Position numbers and translations under genes: made by a program. Below are positions 1 through 11,475 of a stretch of 64,000 nucleotides of DNA, piece after piece. Origin of the DNA: Blepharisma stoltei ATCC 30299 (taxonomy: Eukaryota > Protista > Ciliophora). Each line of letters opens with the position of its first letter. Position 1 is the stretch's first letter. The notes under the pieces were generated by a model that saw nothing but the letters and a program-made list of their open reading frames with translations, ran no database searches and was not told the origin of the DNA. The stretch covers positions 372,001 to 436,000 of the forward strand of contig CBFDEM010000055.1 of assembly GCA_965603825.1 (NCBI GenBank), read 5' to 3'.

Positions 1-17
1 ATAGATATTAATTTCAA

Positions 18-1841
18 TTATTTTTTACTTGCAGAAGTAAAATTTTCTCGCATATCGCTTATTCAGCTTCTATGTTTTCCTAAAATGCTATTAAAAGAAT
101 CGTTGCTCTTAAGTACATCATCTGAGCTTTCATATCTTCTATGCATGTTTCCTGTTTTTTTCGGCATATTTCAGCTGTCACATCTCTGATTAATTTTTCT
201 TTGGCTTTCAACAATGCTTTCCTCATCTCTGTAAGTTGACAATTTACTGAGATTAGTCCTTATATCAGAACTAATCGGAGAAATTGACCGGCTAATTATT
301 TTTAAATCCTCTATATCTTTTTCAAGCCTGCTAATTTTCTTTGGGCTTTCTGCTAAAAAACTTTGAATATCGTTTAATTTTATTTTGAAATTTTCTTTTA
401 ATTGACTGATTTGGGAGTTTACATAATTTTTGTTGGCTTTTGATTTTAATTCTTCTTTATAGTGATTAATTTCAGCTGTGATGTAAGAAATTTCACTATC
501 TTTTAATGAAGATTTGTTATAGAGCTCTGAAATATCAGACTCAAGCTTGAGGATTTTTCCAAATATGGATTTGTTAGAGTAAGAATTAAGCACAGATTTT
601 GTTTTTAAGCCATATTCTGATTCAAGCTTTTCTTTTTCAGTTAAAAGCTTCTGTTCATATTCGTCATCTAGTAGCTTAATATTCTTATTTAGCTCAATTT
701 CATATCTTTTAGATAACTCATCAATAGCTCATAGCTTTTCCGTTTCAAGAATTGATGAATTTTCTTGAATCTCCAGATTTTTATTAAATTCATAATTTAT
801 TTCTTCGATTTTTTCGTTGTTTTCTGTCCGCAGTCTTTTTAGCTCTTTTTCTAAACTTGTTGCATATTTTTCTCTTAATTCATTAAGCTTTTCCATAAAA
901 ATATTCTGCTTTTCTTTTGAGTTTCTTAAACAGTCTATTTGGTATTCAAAGTCTTTTAGCTTTTCTGCTATTTTTTCACCATAAAGATTTTTCAAAATTT
1001 TTTGTGTCCGCTCAGCCTCTTCATTGCATTCCGCTTCCAAATCTTCCAAAATCTTTTTGTTTGTTTCATAAACAAATTTCTGATCTTCTAAAATTTTTTC
1101 CTTTTCTAATTTTAATTTTTCTGCTGCTTCTAGTTCATTTTCAATAATTATTGAAAATTTTGCTTCTTCTTCGTTACAAAATTGCTGCATCTCTTTTTGC
1201 CCTTGGATAATTAATTGTGATTTTTCTTCTTCAATTAATTTTTTATTTTTCTCTTTAGTTTCTCTAAAAATATTTTCAGAATGTTTATCATGAATCTCTT
1301 TATTTAAATTTTTCGTTCTTATTAATTCTTTTTGACGTTTTGTTGCATTGATTTCTGATTCATTTTCAAGCTCGAGCCTTAATTTTCAAATTTCTTCATT
1401 TTTATATTCCTGCAATTCTTGGGTTTGTTCTAATAGCCAATTTTTGTATTTTTCTTTGATATTTTTGATATCGTCCTTGTATCGATTTTCTATATTTTGC
1501 TCACTTGATAGTAAATCGAAATTCGTTGGCGTGATTGGCTCATGAATTTTTAATTTTTTTGATTTTTCTGAAAGAAAAAGCTCTTTGTAATGAAAATAAG
1601 CAGGGTTGTCTCAGGTGCTTTCATTGGTTTCTGGGTTAAAAAAATAAATTTGCTGATTTGGAGATTGGCATAATATTCATGGTTTTGGTGTGGGAGATTT
1701 CAATCCTTCTTTGGCAATGTAAATAAAATCAGAATCTTCTGGGAAAATCATGCCTAGCGATTTAGCATATTCGATTATTTCTTCTTCACTGGGCTCATAG
1801 TTGGGGTCTAAAACCTCTTCTAAAATTATGGGTAGGGACAT
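18..1841 (-). CDS. CEP164-like protein: N-terminal WW domain + long coiled coil (607 aa, TGA=Trp)
   Basis: Reads MSLPIILEEVLDPNYEPSEEEIIEYAKSLGM...PKP[W]ILCQSPNQQIYFFNPETNEST[W]DNP. Both WW Trps are TGA (1677-79, 1611-13). One frame joins ORFs 729..1190 and 171..593 and ends TAA at 18-20. Confidence 0.8.
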
Positions 1842-3077
1842 TTAAATATCGAATTATCATTATCAAAAATTTGAATTAATTTTTATTTAACAGAAACTAC
1901 TTGCTTACTTGGGTTTAGCACACTTTTAGACTTCAATTTTATTTAAGTATTTTCAAGCCAAATCTATTTCTTCAATTTTTTATTAAATTCTGTTATTCGT
2001 AAAACTTCAGTTAGCAGGAAGAATTCTTAAATACTAAAAAGTAGATTATTTTGGGACTTATTTAATATATATGAAGATGAAATGACCAAGGATTATGGCA
2101 ATTAACAGATTAATAATTTCATTAAGGGAGAAAGTTAACATAACCAAAATATTTAATAGATTTGAAATTATGAAAAGAAATGAACGCAAATTTTTAAGGA
2201 AAATTCTTAAATGTGATTTTCATTTGATAATATAATTTCTATCAATATTGCCTAGCCCAATACTCAACTATAAATAATTTGGACTGGTTTATTTAATTTT
2301 TACTCATTTTCTCAAATTAAATATGCTTTTATTATATAATTAAACAGAGCAAAAATTTCTTATTCTTATAATAATTTTAAAATTTTTTCAGCCTGTTTTG
2401 CTGACAAAACCTAATTTTTCATAGTTTGCATAATAATTTTGCTATATTTAAAAGTATGAAAATCAGAGTAAATAAAGACCTAATTGCGTAACCTAAAAAA
2501 AAAATGAGGTTTTGGAAGAGTCTAAATTTTTAAATCAGTAAATATAAAATACCGCTTTTCATAATCTTATTTCAAAAAACGTGAATAATTATAAATCTTA
2601 AAAAATTACAAAAATTTTATTTAGTAGAAAAATAGAAAATTTGTGCTATCTCTAGCTCTAAATAACCAATTCTGTTTAATGCTAATTGAGTAAATAATTA
2701 AAAAAGGAAAAATATTTTAGTTCTAATGATCTAATTACTATTACTATGAAATTTGGCCATATTGACTTTTTTAATAGTCATTTTTTTATTTCTTACCGAT
2801 TAAAGCAGACTTATTCACTAAATAAATATTAGACTAGAGTAATAATTCAAAAGATATAGATTTTTTATATATTCGACATTATTTATATTAATAAAGCCAT
2901 AACCGCTAATAAAAAAATTTTAAACTGAATCTCAGTTTTCTTATAGTCTATAACTCCTTTCTAGCTTAAATCAATACCTAAACCTCTCTTCAATGTCAAA
3001 ATTTATTCGTAATAATAATCTACTAATAAAGTCCTCATAGAAGTAAAATGATTTTTTTTTGTATACCAATTATAAAT

Positions 3078-3581
3078 ATGAAAACCTCCCAACCCACATC
3101 CGATCAATTAATCCTTTACTGCTGCATGGAAAACGACTGTGGAAAAACTTTCATTACTAAATTCAATCTCAAGAGACATTGTGCATCAGTTCACTTGAAG
3201 ACGAAAAATTTCAAATGCAATTATTGTCATAAATTCTTTTCAAGTAAACAAAATCTGGATGAGCACATTTTCATCCATACAGGCGAGAGACCTTTCACGT
3301 GTGAAATTTGTCAGATTTCTTTCCGTCAAATAAGCCAACTTTCCTTGCACAAGCGAAACCATTCGAAAGTTTTCATCAAAAATAACGTCAAGAATGTTAC
3401 TAATCCGATGGCTACAGTAGATAAAAATTCATTTAATATTCAAGAAGCATCAATGGAAATAGAGGAGCATAAAGCTGTTTCCACAATATCTAGCATAAAT
3501 CTGCCTCTGTTAAATAGTAATAGAGTCAGTGGCGATGCTGTTTTGCCAGCTTTTTTAGAGATTATTGGAGAATATAAGTAA
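3078..3581 (+). CDS. C2H2 zinc-finger protein (3 fingers)
   Basis: Three C2H2 fingers with an HTGERPF linker. Likely start is the ATG at 3078 after an AT-rich leader; ends TAA. Confidence 0.9.
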   Translation: MKTSQPTSDQLILYCCMENDCGKTFITKFNLKRHCASVHLKTKNFKCNYCHKFFSSKQNLDEHIFIHTGERPFTCEICQISFRQISQLSLHKRNHSKVFIKNNVKNVTNPMATVDKNSFNIQEASMEIEEHKAVSTISSINLPLLNSNRVSGDAVLPAFLEIIGEYK

Positions 3582-4584
3582 TTATGCGATTTTTTAAAAA
3601 TTTAATTATTTATAAATATAAAAACATCCTGAACAACTTGTTCTTGAAAAAAAAATCATGCTTTAGAATATAAAGATTTATTTTAACAGGATTTCATGAA
3701 CTTTTGAGATAAGCAAATTTTCTGTTTAAATTTTTTAATCATTTTTATAAACCATTTCTATATATCTGGTTTTTTCTTATTTAATAATACCTAATATAGA
3801 GCATTTGAACTGAAAATAATATGACATACAGAAGCAGACATATCTAATATTAAAAAATGGTAGGAAATTGCAATTTGAAGGTTCTAATTTGGCTAAAATC
3901 ATATATAAATGAGCAAATAATATTTTCGGCTTTGAATTTTCATTCACTAAGTTATGGTATAATTTGCATTAAAAAATATGAATACAAAAGAATATTTGGT
4001 TTTATATAGGTGTGAATAACAATTTAATTAGCCAGCTAGAATCAATAATATAATCTCTAAAGCCATAGAAGATTCCCACCATTTTAACCATAGCTCTTAT
4101 TGCTTTATTTCTAATTCAATAAAGTGATCTCACACTCTTAACAAATTTTATGATTTTTTAAACAATTATATCCATAAATAGATCGTTTCTATAATAATCA
4201 ATATGATGTTTCTGCATCTCATAAAATATAGGAATTATTAATGAAAATAGAACTTATTTTAAATTCTTCAAAAAGATAAGCCAGTTGATAAATGCCATTC
4301 TACATTTTATAAAATGGATCTTAAAATTATGACAATTTTAAATTGCTAGTTTCAGTCATATAAGTAAAGATTAATATAGCTTTAAAATATCAATTTTTTC
4401 TATATAATTATATCATCAAAAAATAATAGAGCTATTCAAATAATATATAAAAATGTATTAGCTCTAAAACCCAAATATTGTGTGCCAATTTACCTTTATA
4501 TGTTTTGTATAATTATATTACTTATTATTGCTTTTAATTGATTTTTTTTCTAAATTCTCTTGCCGTAAATTTAATTATTTCTCC

Positions 4585-5655
4585 TTAGGAAGCATCACGA
4601 CCAATTATTCTGTTTAATTTTTCTTTTAAAACCTTTGTTTTAGTTCATCGATCATGATAATCGAATTCAAATACCATTGCCGTAGTATTATCATTTTTTG
4701 GCTCATAAAAATCCTTTAAATATTCATGCTTCAATAGTTTTTCAGCATCTCACCTTTTTAACGGATTAAAAACCAGCATTTTCTCTAAAAAATCTATTGC
4801 CAATGAGTCTGCTTCAGGAAAAATTACTTTAAAAGGCGTTTTATCTGGCTTTGCAGAAGTTTTGAAAAGTGATGATAAAGCCTCCTCATTATTAATAAAT
4901 AATAAATCATCTTCTGCCGGAAATCCTAATAATTCAAACATAGAATTTATCTGTTTAAGACTATTTTCTGGATTAAAAAGAGGATTCTGTCTTTTTAGAA
5001 AGTATGCCATTATGCATCCAACGCTTCATATATCAGATTTTGTAGTTATAAAGCGAGCTATATTTAAACATTCAGGAGCTAAAAATAATCGATCTACGTC
5101 ATAAATATGATCTTCATATCAATAATTCTCATTATTAGCAAAGGCAAACCAAAAATCAGTTATTTTTACGTCGCAATTTGCATTAATCCCAACTACTTTA
5201 GGGCTCAGGTTTCCTAAAATCACTCCTGCTGAGTGTATATATACAAGTGCACGTAGAATTTGGTAAATAATGAATTTTATATGCAAATCAGTTAAATCTT
5301 GGGATGATCTGATCACAGCATCTAAACTTGTATCCATTGATTCAGTTATTAAATAAAGGGTTAATGAGTCATTATGCTCATAAAAGTCAATATCATATAG
5401 CTGAAGAATATTTTCATGTTGAAAATGTTTCATTAAGTTAATTTCATTTAAGGTTCCTTTAATTCTGCCATTTCAGTCTAATGCATTTTCAATTGCTAGG
5501 ATTTTAACTTCTCGGTCAGATATATTGTCGTATGCAGTATAACTCTCTGAAATCCCTGTATAATAAGCATCCTTGAGATTGCTATAGCGCTTATTAATAT
5601 AAATAGATTTTCCAGAAAAATTTACTAAGATTTTTTCGGTTTTGCTCGGATTCAT
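4585..5655 (-). CDS. MAPK-family pseudokinase (356 aa)
   Basis: Joins ORFs 5473.., 5119.. and 4750.. through TGA. SDI[W=TGA 5026-28]SVGCIM, FIIYQILRALVYIHSAGV and AIDFLEKMLVFNP are MAPK-like. HRDLKP is replaced by LGNLSP and DFG by DFW. Confidence 0.85.
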
Positions 5656-7530
5656 TTTTTATTGATTTAATAAATAAATCATAATAGATACAGATCTAAT
5701 AAAGTTCAAATTTTAATTTAAACATATTGATAAGTAAAATTTATGGCAGTTTTAGAGCAACTGGAGTTATTTTTAAAATTAAAAACAAAAAAATGAAGGT
5801 TTATCATATAATTTTTACTAAACAGTTCAATAAAATCTGTCTTCTTTTGTGCTCAGAATTTCATTTCAAAATATATTTTATAAATCCAAAAATTCACAGT
5901 ATGGTCATCCACAAAATTAAAAACAAATATATATCATCATAAACTTAAACTCTAATAATTAAAAATCAGATAATCATTTCCTTCCAAATATTGCCTATAA
6001 TTATAAATCCCTTCATACCCCGTCTTCCAGAATTATTATAAAATCCATTCTATCATTATCCGTTGACCTTAAACAATTTTCCTCATCTTCCCCTAAATCA
6101 AACTTAAATTTCCTTTTCTGTTCTCACACAGTGTAATCTGAATCTATTAGTTATTATTATTAGTGTCTTCAAATTATTACTCCATCCGCAGGTCAACGTC
6201 CGATCCATTTCCATCAAATCAGTCCCTAAATAAAAAATCCTTGCTCTTCACTTGTTTCTTGGTTCCTTGTCTTGGCAGTCCTTGTCTTTTCTTGGTCTTG
6301 AGTGTTTAATTCACTTTAGCTTAAGTCTTTAATTAAGGTATTTTTTAGTACCCTACAAAACAAAACCAAAGTTATTTGAACAAACAGTAACACAAAGAAG
6401 CGAGGTCTCATGGTCAAAAACAACAAGTAATTAGAAGTTAGAAGCAAATAGGATTCTGAGCCTTAATCTGTACCCTGCTGAGTAGATCTTGACTCTTGAT
6501 CTTTCCTATTTAGGTCTTGGATTTCATAATAATTTTTTATTAATTTTGTAATTTCGGTCAGCTTAAATAGGGATTATTTGTGATAAAAACCCCCATGATT
6601 TTTAAAAATAAGCCATTTTAGGTGGGCTGGGGTGTCATGATTTGTAAATAGGAAATAAATGAAAATGGTGGGATAATAGGAAATCCAGGGGTAAATAAGG
6701 AAAATCATGGGGTAATTCTGGTATGAGGTATGAAGGAATGGACAGGGATAATTTAGGCACAGAGTTAGATAAATAAAGTAAATAAACAAACTAGATGTGA
6801 GGCGGTTTATTCAAAATTAGCATTGATTTTCAGTTAAGGGTTTCACCTAATTTAGACAATTTTTGTTTTACGAATTATTTGATAAGTTTATCTAATTCTT
6901 GCAATTTCTAGGGATTTCCGAGGATCTAGTTATTTAGGATATATGATAGCTAACTGTATCTGATTAGGGATTATTTTTAAGCTGCGAAAAGGGAAAGCTC
7001 TTCAGTTAGGATTTTTTCTTGCTTATACTTCAAGTATCGATCGCCAAGAATGACCTTATGAATATAAGGAATTTTTACTTGAGAGGAAGGAACAACTCCT
7101 ACAATGGTCTTCGGTAACTAATTTGAGGGTTATAATCAAGGGGTAATTCATTATATGATCATCAGCAAATGGTCTCCACCTTTCTTAATGCGACTTTTAA
7201 TCCATATTTATTACATCAAAAAGACCATCAAATTACAAAATTTGAAATTTTTGAGCCTTTTAGTGATTATTTTGATATTTATTTCTAATTTTAAAATAAT
7301 TGAAATAAATATAAAATAAATTGTCTTCTATCAATACTTAAAATATAAAAAAATTCTATAATGTCTATAGCTGAACACCTATCAATTGTATAAATAATGA
7401 ATTATGAGTATAAAGCATTAAAATTTCACAAATGTTAAATAAATATCTAAAAATTAGAAAAAATCAGCCAAAAAATGTGATCATAATAAATTATTGCATA
7501 TAGGAATTCCATAAATTAATAATTATGTCT

Positions 7531-10077
7531 CTAAATCGCTTTAGAAAAATCCCTTCGGCTAACAAATGTGACAAACAAAGGAACTTCAAGCATTTCATCT
7601 ACTTTACTGTGCATAATCCCAAATACAAAAGCTTCATTCAGTACCAAAACTCCAGGATCAGGACTAATAATAATTGATCCTTTAGGATGCAAAGGTGACA
7701 AAAACTTCAAATTCACAATTTCACTGCATGAAGATATGCTAAACTCTGATGATTTCGAGTTTATAACTTCTCCAATTTTATTTTCAAAAGCAACTGTAAA
7801 AGAAGGAATCCATATTTCTTCTTTTACATCTTGCACTTTTGTAATTTTTGTTAATACTTCTTTAGCATAATTAAAAGCCATGCCTCCATCTCTTTCCGAG
7901 CATGGTATAAAAAATGCACTAAAATTTGGGTCTTCAGTAGGGACAATATATACTAATAGATTTTCTGATTTCATTATATTTATTTGTGTTTGGTATATGC
8001 GCGTGTATGAAATCCCATTAATAATTGATGTCATATATTTAGGCCAGGAAAGGCCTAATGCCGAGCATGATACTGAGGTCTCTGAGTCTTCTTTGAAATC
8101 AGTTAAATTTAGGCCTATAGACTTTATGTCATTTAAAGCACCTTCATATTTCTCTTTTCTAAATCTAAATGCAGGAGGCACCCATGTGGCTGGCATTTTT
8201 CCTATTAAATCTTGGACCTTGTGACCTAGCTCAGTTTCTGATGAAAATTGGCCAAGCGCACGAAGTGCGCAAGAAATCCCTATTAAGCTGAAATACGGGC
8301 TATGCGTAGGAATATTTCTTGAATTATTTGAAATTTGTGCAGCACATGCATAAGCAATTTCTATGCAGTCTCCGAATAGCTGCTTTGCTGGCAAATTTTC
8401 AGCACACACAATACTTTCAGGCCTTCTTAGTCCTAGCAACTGTAAAGGCGTTTTATCGCCTGTGTAAATCATCTGTTTCCATCTAAATCCTAACTTATCA
8501 AAATGCTCTTTAATTGACTTATCAGCCTCATATTTTCCTTGTTCATTAACTTTAGATATCATTCCACTTCTGATTTCGATGCATGGGTAATTTTCCCAAA
8601 TATACTCTACTATCATATTCAAAATTTCTCCAAAAATTGGTAAGGATTCTGCTGAAATGTGTGAAATCATGAGCCTTTTTTGTACTGATTTTTGGTTTTC
8701 TAAATTTAAAATGACGAAACCTTTAATGTTTTGATTCTGCTTTATCCAAAGATAAGCAGGGAATCTTAAACTTTGAGAATTTGTATACGCGTTTTCAGGA
8801 TTTCCTAAGGCTTCTTTTAAGTTTTCTGGGACTTTAACTGAGTAGCTAGCTATCTGCTCTTCTATATTATTACCAGACAATGGGTCAATAATCAGCCTTT
8901 CAGTTAAAGCTTGCTGTGGCTCAATAATCAATGGTGTTTCAGCTTGCAAAACATGGATTTTTGACTCTTCAGGAGATGCATTTCCACTCTGATCCCTGGA
9001 AAATATAGATCTGTGAGATCTATTTCTACCTCGGGCAGAGCTTCTTCTTGAGCTTTTTGATATATCATTTTCTTTATCAGAGCTTACTATATGAGGCTCA
9101 TTATTAAATATGCTTGACTTTTTCCTCAAATCAAATAAGGTTTCTCTTACAGGTGCAGCTGATACTCCTTCTTCTAATAAAATCATCTCGCATTTTCTGA
9201 TTCTGCTTAATAAAGAATTTGCAATTGGCAGCTCGATTTTTTTCGGGGATTTCATTTTCCCCATAGAGATAGAGCTCGCATATACAAAAAAGGGGTCTGA
9301 TTTATTTGAAATGTAAATTAAGTCTGCAATTATGGTATTTGCAAGATAAATGGTATCCGTCTTCATTTTGATCAAATAATTTTCATTATTGATCATAAAT
9401 TGGATTTTCGCTGGCGAATAATTTTGGTTAAAATTCGCCAATTTTTCCCTTCAGTTTTGTATTAACTCTACCGCATTTAAAGAAAGTGTCCTCAAATTTG
9501 ACAGTCTGTCAGCTACTTCTTGTCGGGAAATTGAATTTCTTTCTTTTTGACTAAAAATTTTGAGGTCATTTAAAGCTTGTTCTCTTGCATTGATGGTTTT
9601 TATGGCATGCACCAGGATGCTTTTATTGTTATTCGTGTCATCAATTTCTTTAGCCATTGCTCCTGCTTTTTGTTTTAGTGGCAGATCTTCAATTGCTGAT
9701 AAAAATAGCTTTTGTTGGTGCTCAGGAATGCCTTTTTCTTCCCAGAGCTCTACTAGGTTATCTGTTAATTTTTTAAAGATTTGTCCTCTCAGCACTGGCG
9801 GCCTCCCTCCAGCAATTCCTTTATTTGAGCTGGATTTGATAATTCGATTTGGGATTTCTTTTGCTTTTTTTATTTTTCCAGGCGCCAGGATGATTTTTTT
9901 CCTATGGTTTGTGGCTATGTGGATTTGTATGTGCTTATCTCGGACTGCATCATAATCTGGAATTTTTTCGAGGTGGAATCTGTTGTCTCAGGATTGCTCT
10001 CTGACTTGAATTTCGTGCTTAGAAGATCGACGAAAAGGTCGAGCACCTGGAATTCGAAGAATACCATGTTCGAACAT
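7531..10077 (-). CDS. 848-aa multidomain protein: helical N-terminus, GNAT-like middle, serpin-like C-terminus
   Basis: ATG at 10077; a single frame runs through two TGA codons into ORFs 9451..9795 and 7531..9441; ends TAG. Domain labels are from motif resemblance only. Confidence 0.75.
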
Positions 10078-10134
10078 TTAAATTATAAAGAAAATTGATT
10101 TAATAGCTGATATATTGATTAAAATGGTAACTCC

Positions 10135-10545
10135 TATAGCTGGGAATTTGAAAGGGCCATAATTGAGGTGTCTAATATGATTATCCTTCTAGGTTTTCAT
10201 GAGATGGGACAGAGATGAGAGTTGATTAGCCAAAGCTCAAACCTTTGGCTAGGTTTTCCTTATATGGGAATACATGGAGTACGAAAGAGTTCTTCCAGTA
10301 GGCCAATCGAGAACTTAACCTAACGCGATGCTAGGTATTGCACTCTGGCTTTGAATTTCAATTAATAGATAGCTTACTGGATATCCGATCTTTGAATTTT
10401 CCATAATCGCGACCCTGTTTACGTACAACCTTCTGATTTTTGCAGAACTTCGCCAGAAGGAGTAGCAAAATGCAAGACTGTGTGCGGACTAGAGATTAAG
10501 AGGTGGAGTCTTATGCAATGAAATAAGAACCTCGGCTATCTGGCA
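10135..10545 (+). ncRNA. Candidate structured non-coding RNA (~400 nt), family unassigned
   Basis: GC-richer than its flanks, with no long ORF. Several helices, including a terminal ATAGCTGGG/CTCGGCTAT pairing and the TAGCCAAAG/CTTTGGCTA hairpin. Confidence 0.4.
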
Positions 10546-11475
10546 ATTGACTTTTCTGTAATCTTAAATAACGATAATATTTAATAACTGATGAAGAGAA
10601 ATTTCCATTTTAAGAAAGAATTGCTTTAGCTTAACACTTAAATATTTTCACATTACTAGTTTTTATTTATTTTTTCTAGTTATTAAATATCAATTAATAA
10701 GATATTTCGTTTTCTTCTTTTTTTCTTACAAGATATTACCTTTTCTACTTAAAAAATTTAATTGAATTTATTCAATATTTTATATTATTAAAATGGTTTT
10801 AGAATTTTAGATGCTTGCTAAAATTCACAATTGAAATATAATAAAGTCCATCTTTGTTTTTTCTAAAATTTCTTAAAATTATCTAGACATTCTAAATAGG
10901 GTTCACTATTTTCTATTAATTTCTTAAGTTCCTTCAAAAATTTCTGTATTTCTAACATTCTATATTAAAATTGGATTATTAAGCCTCAAAACTAATAAAA
11001 ATTGAATAAAGTTTTTGGTAAATATTGTTTGATCAAATTATTTTTACTAGCAGATTATATTTTTTTAAGTTAAAGTTTATATGATTGGCCAAATATGGTA
11101 AGCTAAACATTGAATCATAAAATATAAAAACATTGAAAATCTGATCTTTTGGAAATTTAATTAGAAAAATAAAATATAAAAATATAACAGTTTAAAAATA
11201 AGAATTTTCCAAATTTGTTTCGCTTAGATACACGCAAGTATAATAATCATCTTATCTATGCTTTACACAAAAATACCTTTTTACAGTACTTAATTATCAG
11301 ATCTAAATGGCTAATAACTATTTTCTGTTTCAGGTTTGTTACAAAAAATTATGACAAATTTCTCTACTCTTAGACAGCATATAAATACCTCTAAGCGTCA
11401 ATAATTTTATAACAAATTTTTCTAGATTTTTTTTATTTTAAAGTTGTGGAAACCTAATAGCATTTAATACATAAT

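Noticed and set aside
6450-6480. 12-nt GT-AG segment removing a TAA on the minus strand
   Set aside because: It is shorter than the 15-16-nt introns, and the resulting frame has no start codon.
7568-9955. Plus-strand ORFs here, and similar antisense ORFs elsewhere in the track
   Set aside because: They are shadows of real genes on the opposite strand.
10312-10325. TAACCTAAC as a telomerase template
   Set aside because: It would specify TTAGG, whereas the heterotrich repeat I know is CCCTAACA. There is no telomeric repeat in the window to test against.
10225-10350. U2 snRNA (CTTTGGCTA and a TATTGCAC loop)
   Set aside because: It lacks GATCAAGTGTAGTA and a correctly placed Sm site.
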